Below are positions 42,446 to 53,349 of a stretch of DNA of 64,000 nucleotides, piece by piece. Under the pieces are notes generated by a model. That model searched no databases, was not told the DNA's origin, and saw nothing but the letters and a program-made list of their open reading frames with translations. Positions within the stretch are counted from its first letter, which is position 1. Every line of letters starts with the position of its first letter. A program made the translations under genes and the position numbers. The DNA is from Candidatus Latescibacterota bacterium (GTDB lineage: Bacteria > Latescibacterota > UBA2968 > GCA-2709665): the NCBI GenBank assembly GCA_965116875.1, contig OZ220733.1:4512001-4576000 (forward strand), given 5' to 3'.

Positions 42446-43701
42446 TAGTGGTCAATTTCAGAAATCGGTATAATGTTGTCTGGAGTCATGAGAGTGCCTA
42501 TAATAGGGTCGTCTCCCCGACCGAGTAGGGAGGTGCCCCATGCCTGGACCAAAGCCGAAGTATCAACCGCAGTTTGAGAAGGAGGAGATCGCAGAGGCAC
42601 GCAGGATCGCACGACAACAAACGGCACCCAGCGGTCTTGTTTACAGGGCCAAGATGGTATTGGTTTTGTGGGAGCATCCAGACATCTCGCACGAGCGTGT
42701 TGCCCAAGCTGTTGGCGTGCACCCCAGAACGGTGATGAAATGGCGAAAGCGCTGGGCGGTTGAGGGCTATTCACTGCTGGATCGGCCTCGTAGTGGAAGA
42801 CCTCGGGTTTTTCCCCCCCGAGAAGATCGCTGAAATTAAGGCCCTCGCCTGCCAATTGCCAGCCGTGCGGGGCATCCCGCTATCCCGCTTCAGCCTCGCG
42901 GAACTGCTTCAGGAAATCCGTTCCGAGACCGGCCTGTCGATCTCGAAGAGCACGCTGTGGCGTCTCCTCAAACGGGACGCCATTCGTCCCTGGTTTCACC
43001 GATCGTGGATCTCAATCAAAGATCCACGCTTTCTGGAAAAAGCGGGCCCTGTTTTGGATCTGTATCAAGGGGATTATGAGGGCGCGCCCCTGGGGCCCAA
43101 AGACTACGTTCTCAGTGCGGACGAGAAATCGCAACTCCAGATCTTGGAGCGGGAGTTTTCGTGTTCACCTCCGGAACCGGGAAAACCGATTCACTGTGAG
43201 TCCGACTACAAGCGCCACGGGACCGTGGCCTACCTGGCCGCACTCGATATCAGGAGCGGAAGGGTCTTTGGTCGTGTGGATCAATCCACGGGTATCGAAC
43301 CCTTTCAGGGGCTGGTCGACCTCGTGATGAAGCAGGAACCCTATGCATCGGCCGAACGCGTGTTCTGGATCCTCGACAATGGGCCTTCCCATCACCCGTC
43401 GACCTCCCCTGCACGCCTCAAACAGGCTTACCCGAACCTGATCGCCATCCATCTTCCCATCCACGCCAGCTGGCTCAACCAGATCGAGATCTACTTCTCC
43501 ATTCTTCAGAGAAAGGCACTCACGCCGAACGACCTCGGAACCAGAAAGCAAATGGAAGACCGCATCCTCGGATTCCAGCGACGCTACAACCAAACCTCGA
43601 GTCCCTTCAACTGGCAATTTACACGCAGCGACCTTGAAGAAAGGCTCCGCGAACTCAATGCCGCCGCCTAACTTGATACATACTTCTGAAATCGCCCACT
43701 A
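42446..43701 (+). mobile_element. IS630-family insertion sequence
   Basis: TA duplication at 42446-47 and 43700-01. Imperfect terminal IRs TAGTGGTCAATTTCAGAAAT / TAGTGGGCGATTTCAGAAGT. Confidence 0.93.
42540..43671 (+). CDS. IS630 transposase in two overlapping frames (HTH orfA 42540..42833 plus DDE orfB)
   Basis: D.PRSGRP motif; DDE residues in ADEK, LDN and NQIE. The frames join at T5C7 (42808-42819). Confidence 0.9.
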
Positions 43702-43919
43702 GTGTGAGAATATCCATTAGATATAGCAGGGTGATATCCTTGCGGTAACCATATATGAGCGAGGAGCGGATTCCATAGCGAAGCCACTCATCCGCGCATT
43801 CACGCATACCGCATTTAGCCATGATTGCTGCAAGCCGTATGAAGTGATTGGACCTGGTGTTTCCCTTCAGCTTGGTAGATTTCTCGAAAGTGAACGCGCA
43901 GTGTGTTAGGATAGAAGAG

Positions 43920-43943
43920 AGCCTACAGCCTACAGCCTACAGC
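43920..43943. repeat. Heptamer tandem repeat (AGCCTAC)3AGC
   Basis: Directly visible. It causes the frameshift and stop that end ORF 43923..47138. Confidence 0.9.
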
Positions 43944-46900
43944 TGGATTCTTGGCGAGGGTCTCCCACAAGTGTAGCTCGAAGTCGTAGTCTTGGCGAGA
44001 CTCGGCGATTCCGAAGTGAGTATTCCATAGGAAGGAATCGCGCAGTGACGACAGCCGTTCAATCCAATTATCAAGTTGATTGGGAAAGCGCTTGTGTACC
44101 TCATCGGTCAATGTGCCGATGGTAAATGGCAATACTTCACGTATTAGTTCGATGGAGTCTGCGATTCCTTCTCCATGTCCCTGCTTTGCCTTCAAAAGCA
44201 TGTCAATGCTGATACATGCTCGTTTGTACCATCCAGAAACATCGGCCTTAAACGACTGACCAATGCAATGGCAGGCCTCGAAGAGATGTCGGAGCGCAAA
44301 CGTCCATAGCGTCTGGGAATTACCAATGGCCGTCCTGAGATTCTCGTAGGAAGACTCGTTGTCCTCGTATCCTAAGGTGACAAACGAATATGCATACTTC
44401 CAGAGTATAGGATCGTTTCGTGAAAGGTAGTCGGGGCATTCCACCATTGGGGATTCGATTACCCCAGCAATGGCGGAAACATCAGAAGCCGGCAGGCCTG
44501 ATTTGGCGGCATAGAAAGCCAGCTCTACATTACCGTGGGGTTGTTCTGACTCGACATACTCATTTATGGCAATCCGCAGATCATCGAGAAGATCATGATT
44601 CGCGAGCGAGCGGATCAACAGGTAGCGAACCAAACGATTTGGAAATAGCCTCTTCACGCGTTTAAGCCGATTCCATCTTTCGGTATGCCCGAATTGAACT
44701 AATGCATCTACATATGCCGATAGGTGTGGTGCATAATCTGGGGCAAAGACATCAAGTCTTTCCAGTATATCTGGGGTTAACCTAAACCGAGAAAGCCATT
44801 TCAGTGGACGTGCTTGCCGCCTCGAGTAGATGCCCAAACACCGGGCAATGCCGACAACCTGTGAGCGAATCTCATCTCTGTTGTCAGAATGAACACCTCG
44901 AAACTCGTCCGTGAATATATCGAAAAGCTCTCGTCCAAACTCCTGTTTACCGTCGTCTGCGAGTACCGACATAATGGCAAGTGAAACTTGGCTATCGACT
45001 ATCCAGTGATTTGCTTCTGGCGAATAAGCAAAGGAGATTACGTCTTGTTCACGGCCCAAAGCCAAGAGAGCATCTCCTAGCAGAGCTCGATCAAGATTAT
45101 GTTCGAGACGCTCCCCTGTTCTGAATTTCAATGCGCCAAGCCGACTGAGCTGAACGATGTCACGTTGTTTGTATGCCGATTCAACCGCCCAATGTATTGC
45201 GTTCAAGACTTCGTTGGTTGGCCGATAGTGCAGAAGGGCGCGTTCAACAAAATCAGCATTCACTTCTTCCAAGACATATGTGTAGTCGCCAGCGTCAAAG
45301 CAGTATTCAAAGGCATATCCATACCACTTAGGAGAATAACGATCGGCCTTTAGAAAACTTGCAATGTTTGCTTTTATTTCCTGTATCCAGTCCGCCTGCA
45401 GTTGGCCGATTACGAACTCACGGAAACTGTTATGGAATACCGACAGTCTATCACCAGAGTTTCGCAAGAGGTGACTCATGCACTTGTACGCATCTTCGAA
45501 CTGGGGACGGTCGAGAGACTGTTGAATGCGGCGGAGTTCATCTCTGTGTACGGAAAATCGCAAACAGGCCATGACCGCACACAGGTGTCTTGCGTCAGCC
45601 ATACCCAATCGGTCGAACTCTTCCCAAAGGAGCCCATAGTAGTCGCGAATATCTCCGCCCGTTGCCGCGGCAAGGGACGCTATAGCATTTGACACTGTGT
45701 CACTCGATAAGATGACTTCCGCGGCATACTGTAGATACAGGGGAAGCCCTTCACATTTTTCGTGGATATCGACAATGTCAGCGTGTGATAGACCAGAAAT
45801 TCCTCGCTTTTTCTCCAGGTAGTCTTGTGTCTCAGATTCTGAAAACAATGGCATTTGAATATGGGTTTTGGGACACTCTCTCGTACTTTTGAGAAAGTGA
45901 GGCCATTTATGCAACTCTTGGGTGCCCACAACTATGGCAACACCGGTAGGCACACCAGACGGCAGAGCCGAGATCACAGTATCTCTTACTTCCTGCTCAA
46001 GACGTTCAGCGTGGTCCAGTCCGTCTAGGAAGATTACAAGCTTTCGACCTTGCTCAACAAAAAAGCCCGCCAGGGTCTTCAAACACGCATGGAAATTTCG
46101 CTCGCTATAGTCGAGTCGTCGTTCAAGAACATTCGGAAATCTCCTATGGAACTCACTTAACAAATTCGCGCGGAGGCTTTCTGCCTGGACTCGCATCCTT
46201 TGAGCATTGTCGTTCACATCGACGAAGCAATAGTAACGGAAGACCTCATACTTTGCTCGATTTAGCTCGTCGAAGTACGTAGTGAGTGAGGTCGACTTGC
46301 CGCTACCAGGCAAGCCTGAAACAATAAGGTATCCTCCATCAATTTGCGGCAACACGGTGTCCAGTCGCTCAGTCAGAGCCTTACGCTCTACAAAATGACC
46401 ATGGTTGACCGGAAATACTTGTGAAATAAGCAACTTGCTCTGGAGTCGTTCCAGAATTCTGTCAATTGATTCAGTAGTAATTGGATCTCTGGATGTAATT
46501 GCGTTCTGTTTAATTTCCTCCTTGAGATCGAGAAAGATCGTGGAATCGGAAAGGCCTAACTTTTCGTCAAGAAGAACCGTTCGGATATATCGCTCCAGCT
46601 CCATCAACGTCGGTTGCCGCACTCGGAATTGGAATTCCATCAAGAATTCACAAAAAGCGTCAACATCAAGCCCAGAGGCGAACATGAGGCTTGCACGTAG
46701 TTGTTTTGTATTTCCCCGTCTTCTATCATCGATGAATTCTGGCTTAAATGCCCCGCAGTGTGTCACGAGGTCAACGAGAGAAGCATCAAGAGCACGGTTT
46801 GAGCAGAGGTACGCGGTAAGGCTATAGCCGGGAAATCTGCCGCGCAGGGTGTTCCAGCTGTCCGCGAATTTCTTCAGGTTTATCGGACTACTGGAATCAA

Positions 46901-47154
46901 TGAGATCACTTGCCTCATAGACATCAAGCGGATTAACGGAATATTTGACCTGATAGGCTTCAATTCTAGTTTCTTGAAACAGAACAATGTCATCGAGATT
47001 TCCCGACTGTTCATACTCCAAGAACATCCTAAATGGCGTTCGAGCTATATAGTTCTCTAGCGCAAGCCGCAGGGCCGTGAGGTCCTGATATTCATCGCCC
47101 TTTCTTCGGGAACTGCCTCTTTTGGGTACCTCAGTCATTTGCAGTTCAACCGTT

Positions 47155-48399
47155 CTATCTCTGTTTCAGATTAGTGATTTGAATTTCACCCGTCATCAGC
47201 TTGTGCAGCAACGCCTTGAATAACTCTTCCAACACCGCGCGTTTGCGCCGGTGCAGGTCAATCTTGCGATCAATGGCGTCGAGGACGGCGACGATATTCT
47301 GTTGCTCCTCTATGGTCGGCAGCGGAAACAGGACTGTCCGGAGCTTGGTCGCATTAATGTTTGCTTGTCCGACGGCACGGCTCGCGAGCTTCTTGATCTC
47401 CTCCTGCGTTCTCGGCCAGTTCACGTAGAAATTAAGAAACTCCGGGATGCATCGGTTTGCATCAACCACAAGTCGCACGAGATAGGACGCAAAGACAGCG
47501 GGTCTATCGTCTTCAACAATGGCCATGCGCCCGACCAGATCGATGCTGTTTGTGCGATTGAATAATAGATCGCCAGGTCTTACCTGGAACTTGCCATAAC
47601 TCTCCGAATCTAGATTGACGAACTGAAGATCTCGGTAATGCACCTTTCCGTATTCCTGACAGTTCATACGTAGAATCGGATGGGAACCGGACGTCTGACC
47701 GCGCGCTGATACGCCGTACTGTGTGGTCAAGGCCACATCGTCGATTGCCGTAATTCCCCAACTCTCCGGCATCGGCCCGATCTCGGTCTCCTTCTGAACC
47801 TCGCCCCGCAGCCCGCGCGTGAAAAGCGTCCGCATCGCGGAGCGCTTCAAATCCTGTGCGACCTCAACACTTTGGTTCTGTACTCGAATTGCGGTGCGCA
47901 CCCGACTGAGTGCCGCACTGATCGCCAACTGCTCGCCCAGTGGCGGCTGCGGCACGTCCAGTCCGGCCAGGCGGCTACGTGACAGGTTTGGGATAGTGGT
48001 CTTGTTGCCTGCGCCCTCAAAGATACCGAGTTGCGTAAAAGCAGATTGCAGGAAAAACACGTAGAAACGCGGCTCGATGTCTGGAACGACTGGCCGGAGT
48101 CGATGTAAGTGGTTCTGGAACGAAATGGTCTCCACCTCGCCGCTCCAGATGGCCGCCCGGCCAATCTCGCCTCCCTCGCAGACCAACAGGTCGCCTTGCC
48201 TCAATAGCTTGGCCGGCAATTCGTGCTCTGGAATTGACATCTCGTCTACCGACGAAAGGTCAATTTCGTCCCAAAGGACGTTCGAGGTCCGCAAAAAGGG
48301 CGTCTTGTCGGTGCCATTGCGAGCGGCAGCAGACATTGTTTTGCCTGCACCAATTTCGAACAACTCCCCAAGCGGACGCCATGTCCACGCTTCATTCAT
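47155..48399 (-). CDS. hsdS: Type I R-M specificity subunit S
   Basis: Two TRDs separated by conserved regions (PQPPLGEQ..LFTRGL..ETEIG.MPESW; PLPTIEEQ..LLHKLMTG). Confidence 0.93.
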   Translation of the reverse strand: MNEAWTWRPLGELFEIGAGKTMSAAARNGTDKTPFLRTSNVLWDEIDLSSVDEMSIPEHELPAKLLRQGDLLVCEGGEIGRAAIWSGEVETISFQNHLHRLRPVVPDIEPRFYVFFLQSAFTQLGIFEGAGNKTTIPNLSRSRLAGLDVPQPPLGEQLAISAALSRVRTAIRVQNQSVEVAQDLKRSAMRTLFTRGLRGEVQKETEIGPMPESWGITAIDDVALTTQYGVSARGQTSGSHPILRMNCQEYGKVHYRDLQFVNLDSESYGKFQVRPGDLLFNRTNSIDLVGRMAIVEDDRPAVFASYLVRLVVDANRCIPEFLNFYVNWPRTQEEIKKLASRAVGQANINATKLRTVLFPLPTIEEQQNIVAVLDAIDRKIDLHRRKRAVLEELFKALLHKLMTGEIQITNLKQR

Positions 48400-48776
48400 T
48401 GCGAGCTCACCAAACCCTTTAGCCGCACGGCCGGCAGTCTCTTCAACTGCTGATTCAGCGGGTCCACTTCTATACCGACGGATTCCAGCGCTGTAACACC
48501 CAGGAGCGGCTCCGCGCCAGCCTCGCCGAAGATGATCGTCCCGCCAACGAACTCGCCCATAAATTCAATCTTGGCAACGGCTACGTCCACCGAGATTTCG
48601 CTGCCGTCGGCCAGTTCATACACGCGTTTGCCTTCGGGCTTGAGACCGATCGCTTCCAGGTGCGGCCTGGGCGCCAGGGAATCCGTTGCGCCGGTGTCTA
48701 CCAGAAAAAGACCCTCCCAAAACTTATTCGAGTCGGCCGGGTTCGTAATCCTGACCGTTACATGCGTCGCTCCCAT
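48396..48776 (-). CDS. Clan AA (retropepsin-like) aspartic protease
   Basis: MGATHV, LVDTGAT, YELADG, PLLGVTALE. RBS AGGAGG. Stop overlaps the hsdS ATG (ATGA). Confidence 0.88.
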   Translation of the reverse strand: MGATHVTVRITNPADSNKFWEGLFLVDTGATDSLAPRPHLEAIGLKPEGKRVYELADGSEISVDVAVAKIEFMGEFVGGTIIFGEAGAEPLLGVTALESVGIEVDPLNQQLKRLPAVRLKGLVSSQ

Positions 48777-49020
48777 TTTTTCCTCCTTTGGTCCCAATGT
48801 CCCGTCCCAGAAATGTGTCACAATTCTTCGGGGAGTTCATCCAGTCTCGTTGGGTTGCATGCACTGCCCGGGTTTCCTGACCTGTTTAGGGCTCTTCATC
48901 GCCCATCGCCGACCCTTCGACAAGCTCAGAGAGCGGCTCAGGTCGCAGGTGCCATTTCAGCCGGGCGACTTGACGGACGAATTTCGATAATAGATCTCTG
49001 GGACAACCAAGTATCCATAT

Positions 49021-50865
49021 CTATTGCAGTCGTGCCAGCATTTTCGACAAGCGCGAGTCAATTTCACGGGCCTCGTTGTCGAGACGCTGCAAATCGGCAA
49101 TGATCTCCTTTATCGGGCGCTGCTCTTCAACCTGAGCCTGTCCCACCCACCGACTGGGACTGAGATTGTAGTCCGCATCCTCCGTCTGCTCGCATGTGAT
49201 GACAGCGACCTCGCCCTCAACCGGCTCACCCTTGAGGAAGGCCGCCGCGAGCGGGCGGATGTCCTCGTCAGGGATGTAGTTCTTGGGACGTCCCTTACGC
49301 ACCCGCCGGCTGGCGTTGAGGAGCACGATCTTATTCTGCCGTGAGGCGGGTTTGCGTTTTGACAAGACGACGATGATACCTGCCGCGCTGGTGTTGTAGA
49401 AGAGGTTGTCCGGCAACAGAATGACGCCGTCGATCAGGTCGTGCTCAACGAACCACTTGCGGATGTTGCGCTCTCTGTCTTCATGCCTGGCGCCGGAGCC
49501 GCGCGTCACGGCGCCCGTGTCGAGCACGACCGCGGCCCTCCCCCGTTCGTTCAGGCAGGCGACCGTGTGCTGAAGCCAGGCCCAGTCGCCCTTACCGGTG
49601 GTGGCGCCGCCCCGTGTGCGGAAACGGTCGAAGGGATCGTTGGCGAAGATGTCTGGGGCGAACGGTTGGTTCCACATCGGATTTGCGACTACGACGTCGT
49701 AGGTACCGATCTGGCCGGCTGTGTCTTTAAACTTGGGATTGATCATCGTATCACCACGCGCGATTTCGATTTCCATGTCGTGGATGATCGCATTCATGTG
49801 GGCAACAGCGTAACTCTCGGCCTGCAGTTCCTGACCGAAGAGTTTGAGCGGCACGCGGCTGATGGGGTCGAGTTTCCGGGCAACGAGCTGGAGCTTGACG
49901 AGCAACCCCGCCGACCCGCAGGCGTAGTCGTGGCAGGTCTCGCCTGGTCTAGGGCGCATGATGTGCGCCATAAGGAGGCCGACCTCGGTCGGTGTGAAAA
50001 ACTCGCCTGCGCTTTGGCCGGAACCCTCCGCAAATTTCCTCAGCAGGTACTCGTATGCGCGACCCAGAAAGTCGGGTTGTACGTCGGCGAGGCCGAGCCG
50101 GTACCGCGGATCCGAAAAAGTCTCAATGACCTCTGCAAGCTTTGCCGGGTTGACGTCCCGTTCACCGTTGCGCTCGGACGCGAAGTCAACATAGTCGATA
50201 ACGCCAGAAAGCGAAGGATTCTGCTGTACGATAGCACGAACCGCCTTGGTCAAATGCTCGCCAATATCTCTCGGCCGTGTGCTTCGTCCTTGGTCGTCAA
50301 GCGGCCATTCGTAACTTTCGCGGCCACTGACGACGCCCCATCGTGCTTCCGGTGGGAGGTAGAAACGTAGAAGATCGTGGTCGGCCTCGGCAATTTCCCT
50401 GGCGACGTCGTGGTCTCCGTACTCCTCGGATAGGCGTTTGATTTCGTCGTCGAAGACATCGGACAACCGTTTGAGGAACAGAAGCGGCAGCAGATAATCC
50501 TTGAACTTGGCGGCGTCCTTTTCGCCACGTATGGAACAGGCCGCGTCCCACAACATCTGTTCCATTCTCTTGGTTGAAGGAGTGGTCGATCGTTGGCTAC
50601 CGCGCCGCCGCCGTGTAACTCCCGCCGCCGGTTCGGCGGATTCTGAGACAGCGACTGTGTCAATTCCTGCGTCAGCAGCCAAAGCCGCAATTGCCTCGCG
50701 AGCCGCCTTCTGAGGCTTGGTTGTGCCGCCCTCCCAGCGGTTCACCGTAGCAAACGTGACACCGAGACGTTCCGCAAGTTGCTCCTGAGTTAGGTCAAGG
50801 CTGGTGCGGATGGCGCGTAAGGTAGCGGCCACATCGATCAATTCTGTTATATTTGGTATATCCAT
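49021..50865 (-). CDS. hsdM: Type I R-M methyltransferase subunit M with N-terminal XRE-type HTH
   Basis: [24 protein letters not shown]; [24 protein letters not shown] (motif I), VANPMW (motif IV variant). Confidence 0.93.
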   Translation of the reverse strand: MDIPNITELIDVAATLRAIRTSLDLTQEQLAERLGVTFATVNRWEGGTTKPQKAAREAIAALAADAGIDTVAVSESAEPAAGVTRRRRGSQRSTTPSTKRMEQMLWDAACSIRGEKDAAKFKDYLLPLLFLKRLSDVFDDEIKRLSEEYGDHDVAREIAEADHDLLRFYLPPEARWGVVSGRESYEWPLDDQGRSTRPRDIGEHLTKAVRAIVQQNPSLSGVIDYVDFASERNGERDVNPAKLAEVIETFSDPRYRLGLADVQPDFLGRAYEYLLRKFAEGSGQSAGEFFTPTEVGLLMAHIMRPRPGETCHDYACGSAGLLVKLQLVARKLDPISRVPLKLFGQELQAESYAVAHMNAIIHDMEIEIARGDTMINPKFKDTAGQIGTYDVVVANPMWNQPFAPDIFANDPFDRFRTRGGATTGKGDWAWLQHTVACLNERGRAAVVLDTGAVTRGSGARHEDRERNIRKWFVEHDLIDGVILLPDNLFYNTSAAGIIVVLSKRKPASRQNKIVLLNASRRVRKGRPKNYIPDEDIRPLAAAFLKGEPVEGEVAVITCEQTEDADYNLSPSRWVGQAQVEEQRPIKEIIADLQRLDNEAREIDSRLSKMLARLQ

Positions 50866-51098
50866 ATATAGAATATAATAAAATTGCGCGTCTCGTCAAA
50901 GTATTTCTAATCCCGCCGGACGGCGCGTAAAATGAGGCGTGCAGATAAAGGAATTCGAAGCCAGAATGCGGCCAGGGGCTGGAATCGACAGGAGTCGGCG
51001 TGGAGGATTATCCCCAAGGTTGGTTGGCAGAACACGTTAACGGGGATCCGAATCGGATGCGCGGCGCAGGCAGAGCAGGGGAGCGTATGAAGTCCCCG

Positions 51099-52331
51099 TC
51101 AGTCCGACTGAGCGGCGTTCCTGTCGAATACCGCGTTCCAATCTATGCGCCCGGTATACTGCATTGCGGCAAACAGAGTGGCGATACACAAAGCCGTAAT
51201 GGCAAGGCCGGTATAGCCGGAAAAGAAAAACGTGTATGAGAAGATCACCAGGTAAATGAACTGTCCCGCGCCGATTTCCACGAAGGCCAGACGGGTACCC
51301 ACGACCAGGCGCATGTATGATGTGACGAGAAATATCGAGACCGCGGAGGCGAGGCCAAATGCGTAATGGATGAGCATGTGGTCGACGAGGTAGGCCAGCA
51401 ACAGGTGGAAGCTGAAGAAGGCGGCCCCGATGAAGAAGTAGTGCATCGGGTGCAGGGCGATGCGGCGCACGGTGGTGAAGACAAAGAGCAGGAAGAAGAA
51501 CAGGAAGAGGGAGATCGGGGCCGCAAGGACAACCTGCCTGACCCAGGGACCGGGGTTGAGGCGGGCGGGCATGACCATGCCCAGATCGACGCCGGTCAGG
51601 AGATGATCGTATCGCCACTTCAACGTCCAGGCGTCGCCATTCCGGTTCCTGGAAGTGGGGGATACGCTCTCTGCCGGAAAGTCGATCGCTTCGAAGTCTG
51701 TCCGCATCACCAGTTCGAAGTCCGTCACCTGGTTGACGTCTTCACCGAAACTGTAGCGCCAGTGGTCCAGGCCTCGGGAGCGATAGGACACGTGGACGGG
51801 GATTGCCTGGCCGGGCGCGAGATCCACCTGCTGCACCAGATGGCCGGCGCGAACCGGAACGTCAGCGATGCGTTGGTTGTCTACCGTTAATGTGAAATCG
51901 TCATACACGGCGCGTTGCGCGGGCAGTTCCAGATCAAAGTAAAGGGTCAGGCTTCGGTCCGCAGGATTGGACAGGGTGTACGTGGAAGCGAACTGGACGT
52001 GGTAGGTGGCATACCACAGCAGGCCCTTGCGACGGTGTTCGAGTGAGAGGTCGACCTCGATGCGGCTGGAATTCAGGTCCTGGAAGCGTTTTTCGTCCAC
52101 CGTCCGGGAAATTGACTCGCCCCGCGCGCCGGTTTCCATTCGCGTAACGCGTTCCAGTCGGTAAATCTGAGGGGCATGCTGCGTCTGGGCCGTACCCCAG
52201 AGTTGCCCCACGGCTTCTTCGAGCTTGTCGTCCTGTTCCAGCGTGCGCAGGTGGATGGTCTGCCCCAGAATCAGCCAGGCGACTGAAGTGCACAGATAGA
52301 TGAAACCGATAGCGGCGATTCGAAGGATCAA
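51099..52331 (-). CDS. CreD-like inner membrane protein
   Basis: N-terminal TM, large soluble domain, C-terminal multi-TM region with LHPMHY..F.LLL.Y..DH and T.RIDW. Confidence 0.75.
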   Translation of the reverse strand: MILRIAAIGFIYLCTSVAWLILGQTIHLRTLEQDDKLEEAVGQLWGTAQTQHAPQIYRLERVTRMETGARGESISRTVDEKRFQDLNSSRIEVDLSLEHRRKGLLWYATYHVQFASTYTLSNPADRSLTLYFDLELPAQRAVYDDFTLTVDNQRIADVPVRAGHLVQQVDLAPGQAIPVHVSYRSRGLDHWRYSFGEDVNQVTDFELVMRTDFEAIDFPAESVSPTSRNRNGDAWTLKWRYDHLLTGVDLGMVMPARLNPGPWVRQVVLAAPISLFLFFFLLFVFTTVRRIALHPMHYFFIGAAFFSFHLLLAYLVDHMLIHYAFGLASAVSIFLVTSYMRLVVGTRLAFVEIGAGQFIYLVIFSYTFFFSGYTGLAITALCIATLFAAMQYTGRIDWNAVFDRNAAQSD

Positions 52332-52423
52332 GGGACGCCCCGGATTCAGTATACGAGAAGGTTATTGTGTCGAGCGTATCGCGAAACAGGATGAATTGAA
52401 AAGCGAAAGCCCGGGTTGTTTTT

Positions 52424-52774
52424 TCAGTCAACACCGGGCTCCGGCGATACGTGCCCCTCAAGCTTGTTAATCAGAGTTGGAAGATCTTCTTCTACGGTTT
52501 GCCAGACGATATCCAGATTTATGCTGAAATACGCATGTACAAGCCGGTTCCGAATCGCGACGATTCTGTCCCAGGGAATGTCTGCCAACTCCATTCGTGT
52601 TGATTCGGTAATCTGCGCTGCGGCTTCGCCGACAATCTCGATGTCTTTGATAAGCGACAAAACCAGGTGGCGGTCGATGTCCAGGTCTCCCCGGCCGCGT
52701 CCGCATGCAAACAACAAGGCCTCTCGCGCCGCTTCAATCATGTGGCGCAAGCGAATATCGTCATCTCTGTTCAA
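52424..52774 (-). CDS. HepT-like (DUF86) HEPN ribonuclease toxin
   Basis: IEIVGEAA, IPW, RNRLVHAYF, IVW. Confidence 0.9.
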   Translation of the reverse strand: MNRDDDIRLRHMIEAAREALLFACGRGRGDLDIDRHLVLSLIKDIEIVGEAAAQITESTRMELADIPWDRIVAIRNRLVHAYFSINLDIVWQTVEEDLPTLINKLEGHVSPEPGVD

Positions 52775-53066
52775 CTTGTACTTCTGCCGTATCCAGAACC
52801 TCCTGCCTGAAATATGGGCTTAAATCCTCGGGTGTCCGCATATCCACCTTTCGTCCCGGGAACAACTGGGAAAATTCCAGTTCCATTCCAGCTACGCCGA
52901 GCAGTCCGGGAATTCGGTCCGGATAGAATTCGACGAGTACATCGATATCACTCTGCGGGCCGAGGTCCTCTCTCAGTGCCGAGCCGAAAACGGCAAGTCG
53001 CCTGATTCCGTGTTCTTGACAGAAAATTGCGATAGCCGTCTTGGATACCGACAGGAGTGGGTTCAT
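52761..53066 (-). CDS. MntA-like minimal nucleotidyltransferase antitoxin
   Basis: FGS..R.D....SDIDVLVEF, GRKVD; overlaps the DUF86 gene. Confidence 0.9.
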   Translation of the reverse strand: MNPLLSVSKTAIAIFCQEHGIRRLAVFGSALREDLGPQSDIDVLVEFYPDRIPGLLGVAGMELEFSQLFPGRKVDMRTPEDLSPYFRQEVLDTAEVQVEQR

Positions 53067-53349
53067 TATACTGGCTCATTCAAGGTTTGAACAGTCGCTT
53101 CATCCGACTGGGTATTTGCCACAATTGGAATATCACAAAACAGGTGGTGTCCGTCAATACCGTTTGTATAACGGTGGCTTTCGAAAGTCAGAGGGAAGGC
53201 AGGTTGCGAGATTTCCGCACCGGCGAGCGCGTGAGAGGCACGAACTCGACTTTATGAGCGTTGCTCGTTTTTGCCGATGCGGACAGACTGCGGGCGAATG
53301 AGGGAATCGGTTGTTGATGATTGTGCCCGACCGTAACGATGATCGAGCT

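Larger units (their letters stand above)
39761..47138 (-). pseudogene. Disrupted ~2038-aa nuclease-STAND/NACHT ATPase (Avs/AVAST-like)
   Basis: N-terminal part 43923..47138 has a PD-(D/E)xK-like motif (GDEYQD..LDDIV..YQVK), Walker A GLPGSGKS and Walker B IFLDGLDH. It joins in frame to 39761..42445 once one AGCCTAC unit and the IS630 are removed. Confidence 0.85.

Noticed and set aside
48914-48941. CCCTTCGACAAGCTCAG REP-like motif between hsdM and the protease
   Set aside because: Single partial copy with no inverted partner; it cannot be supported as an element from this window.
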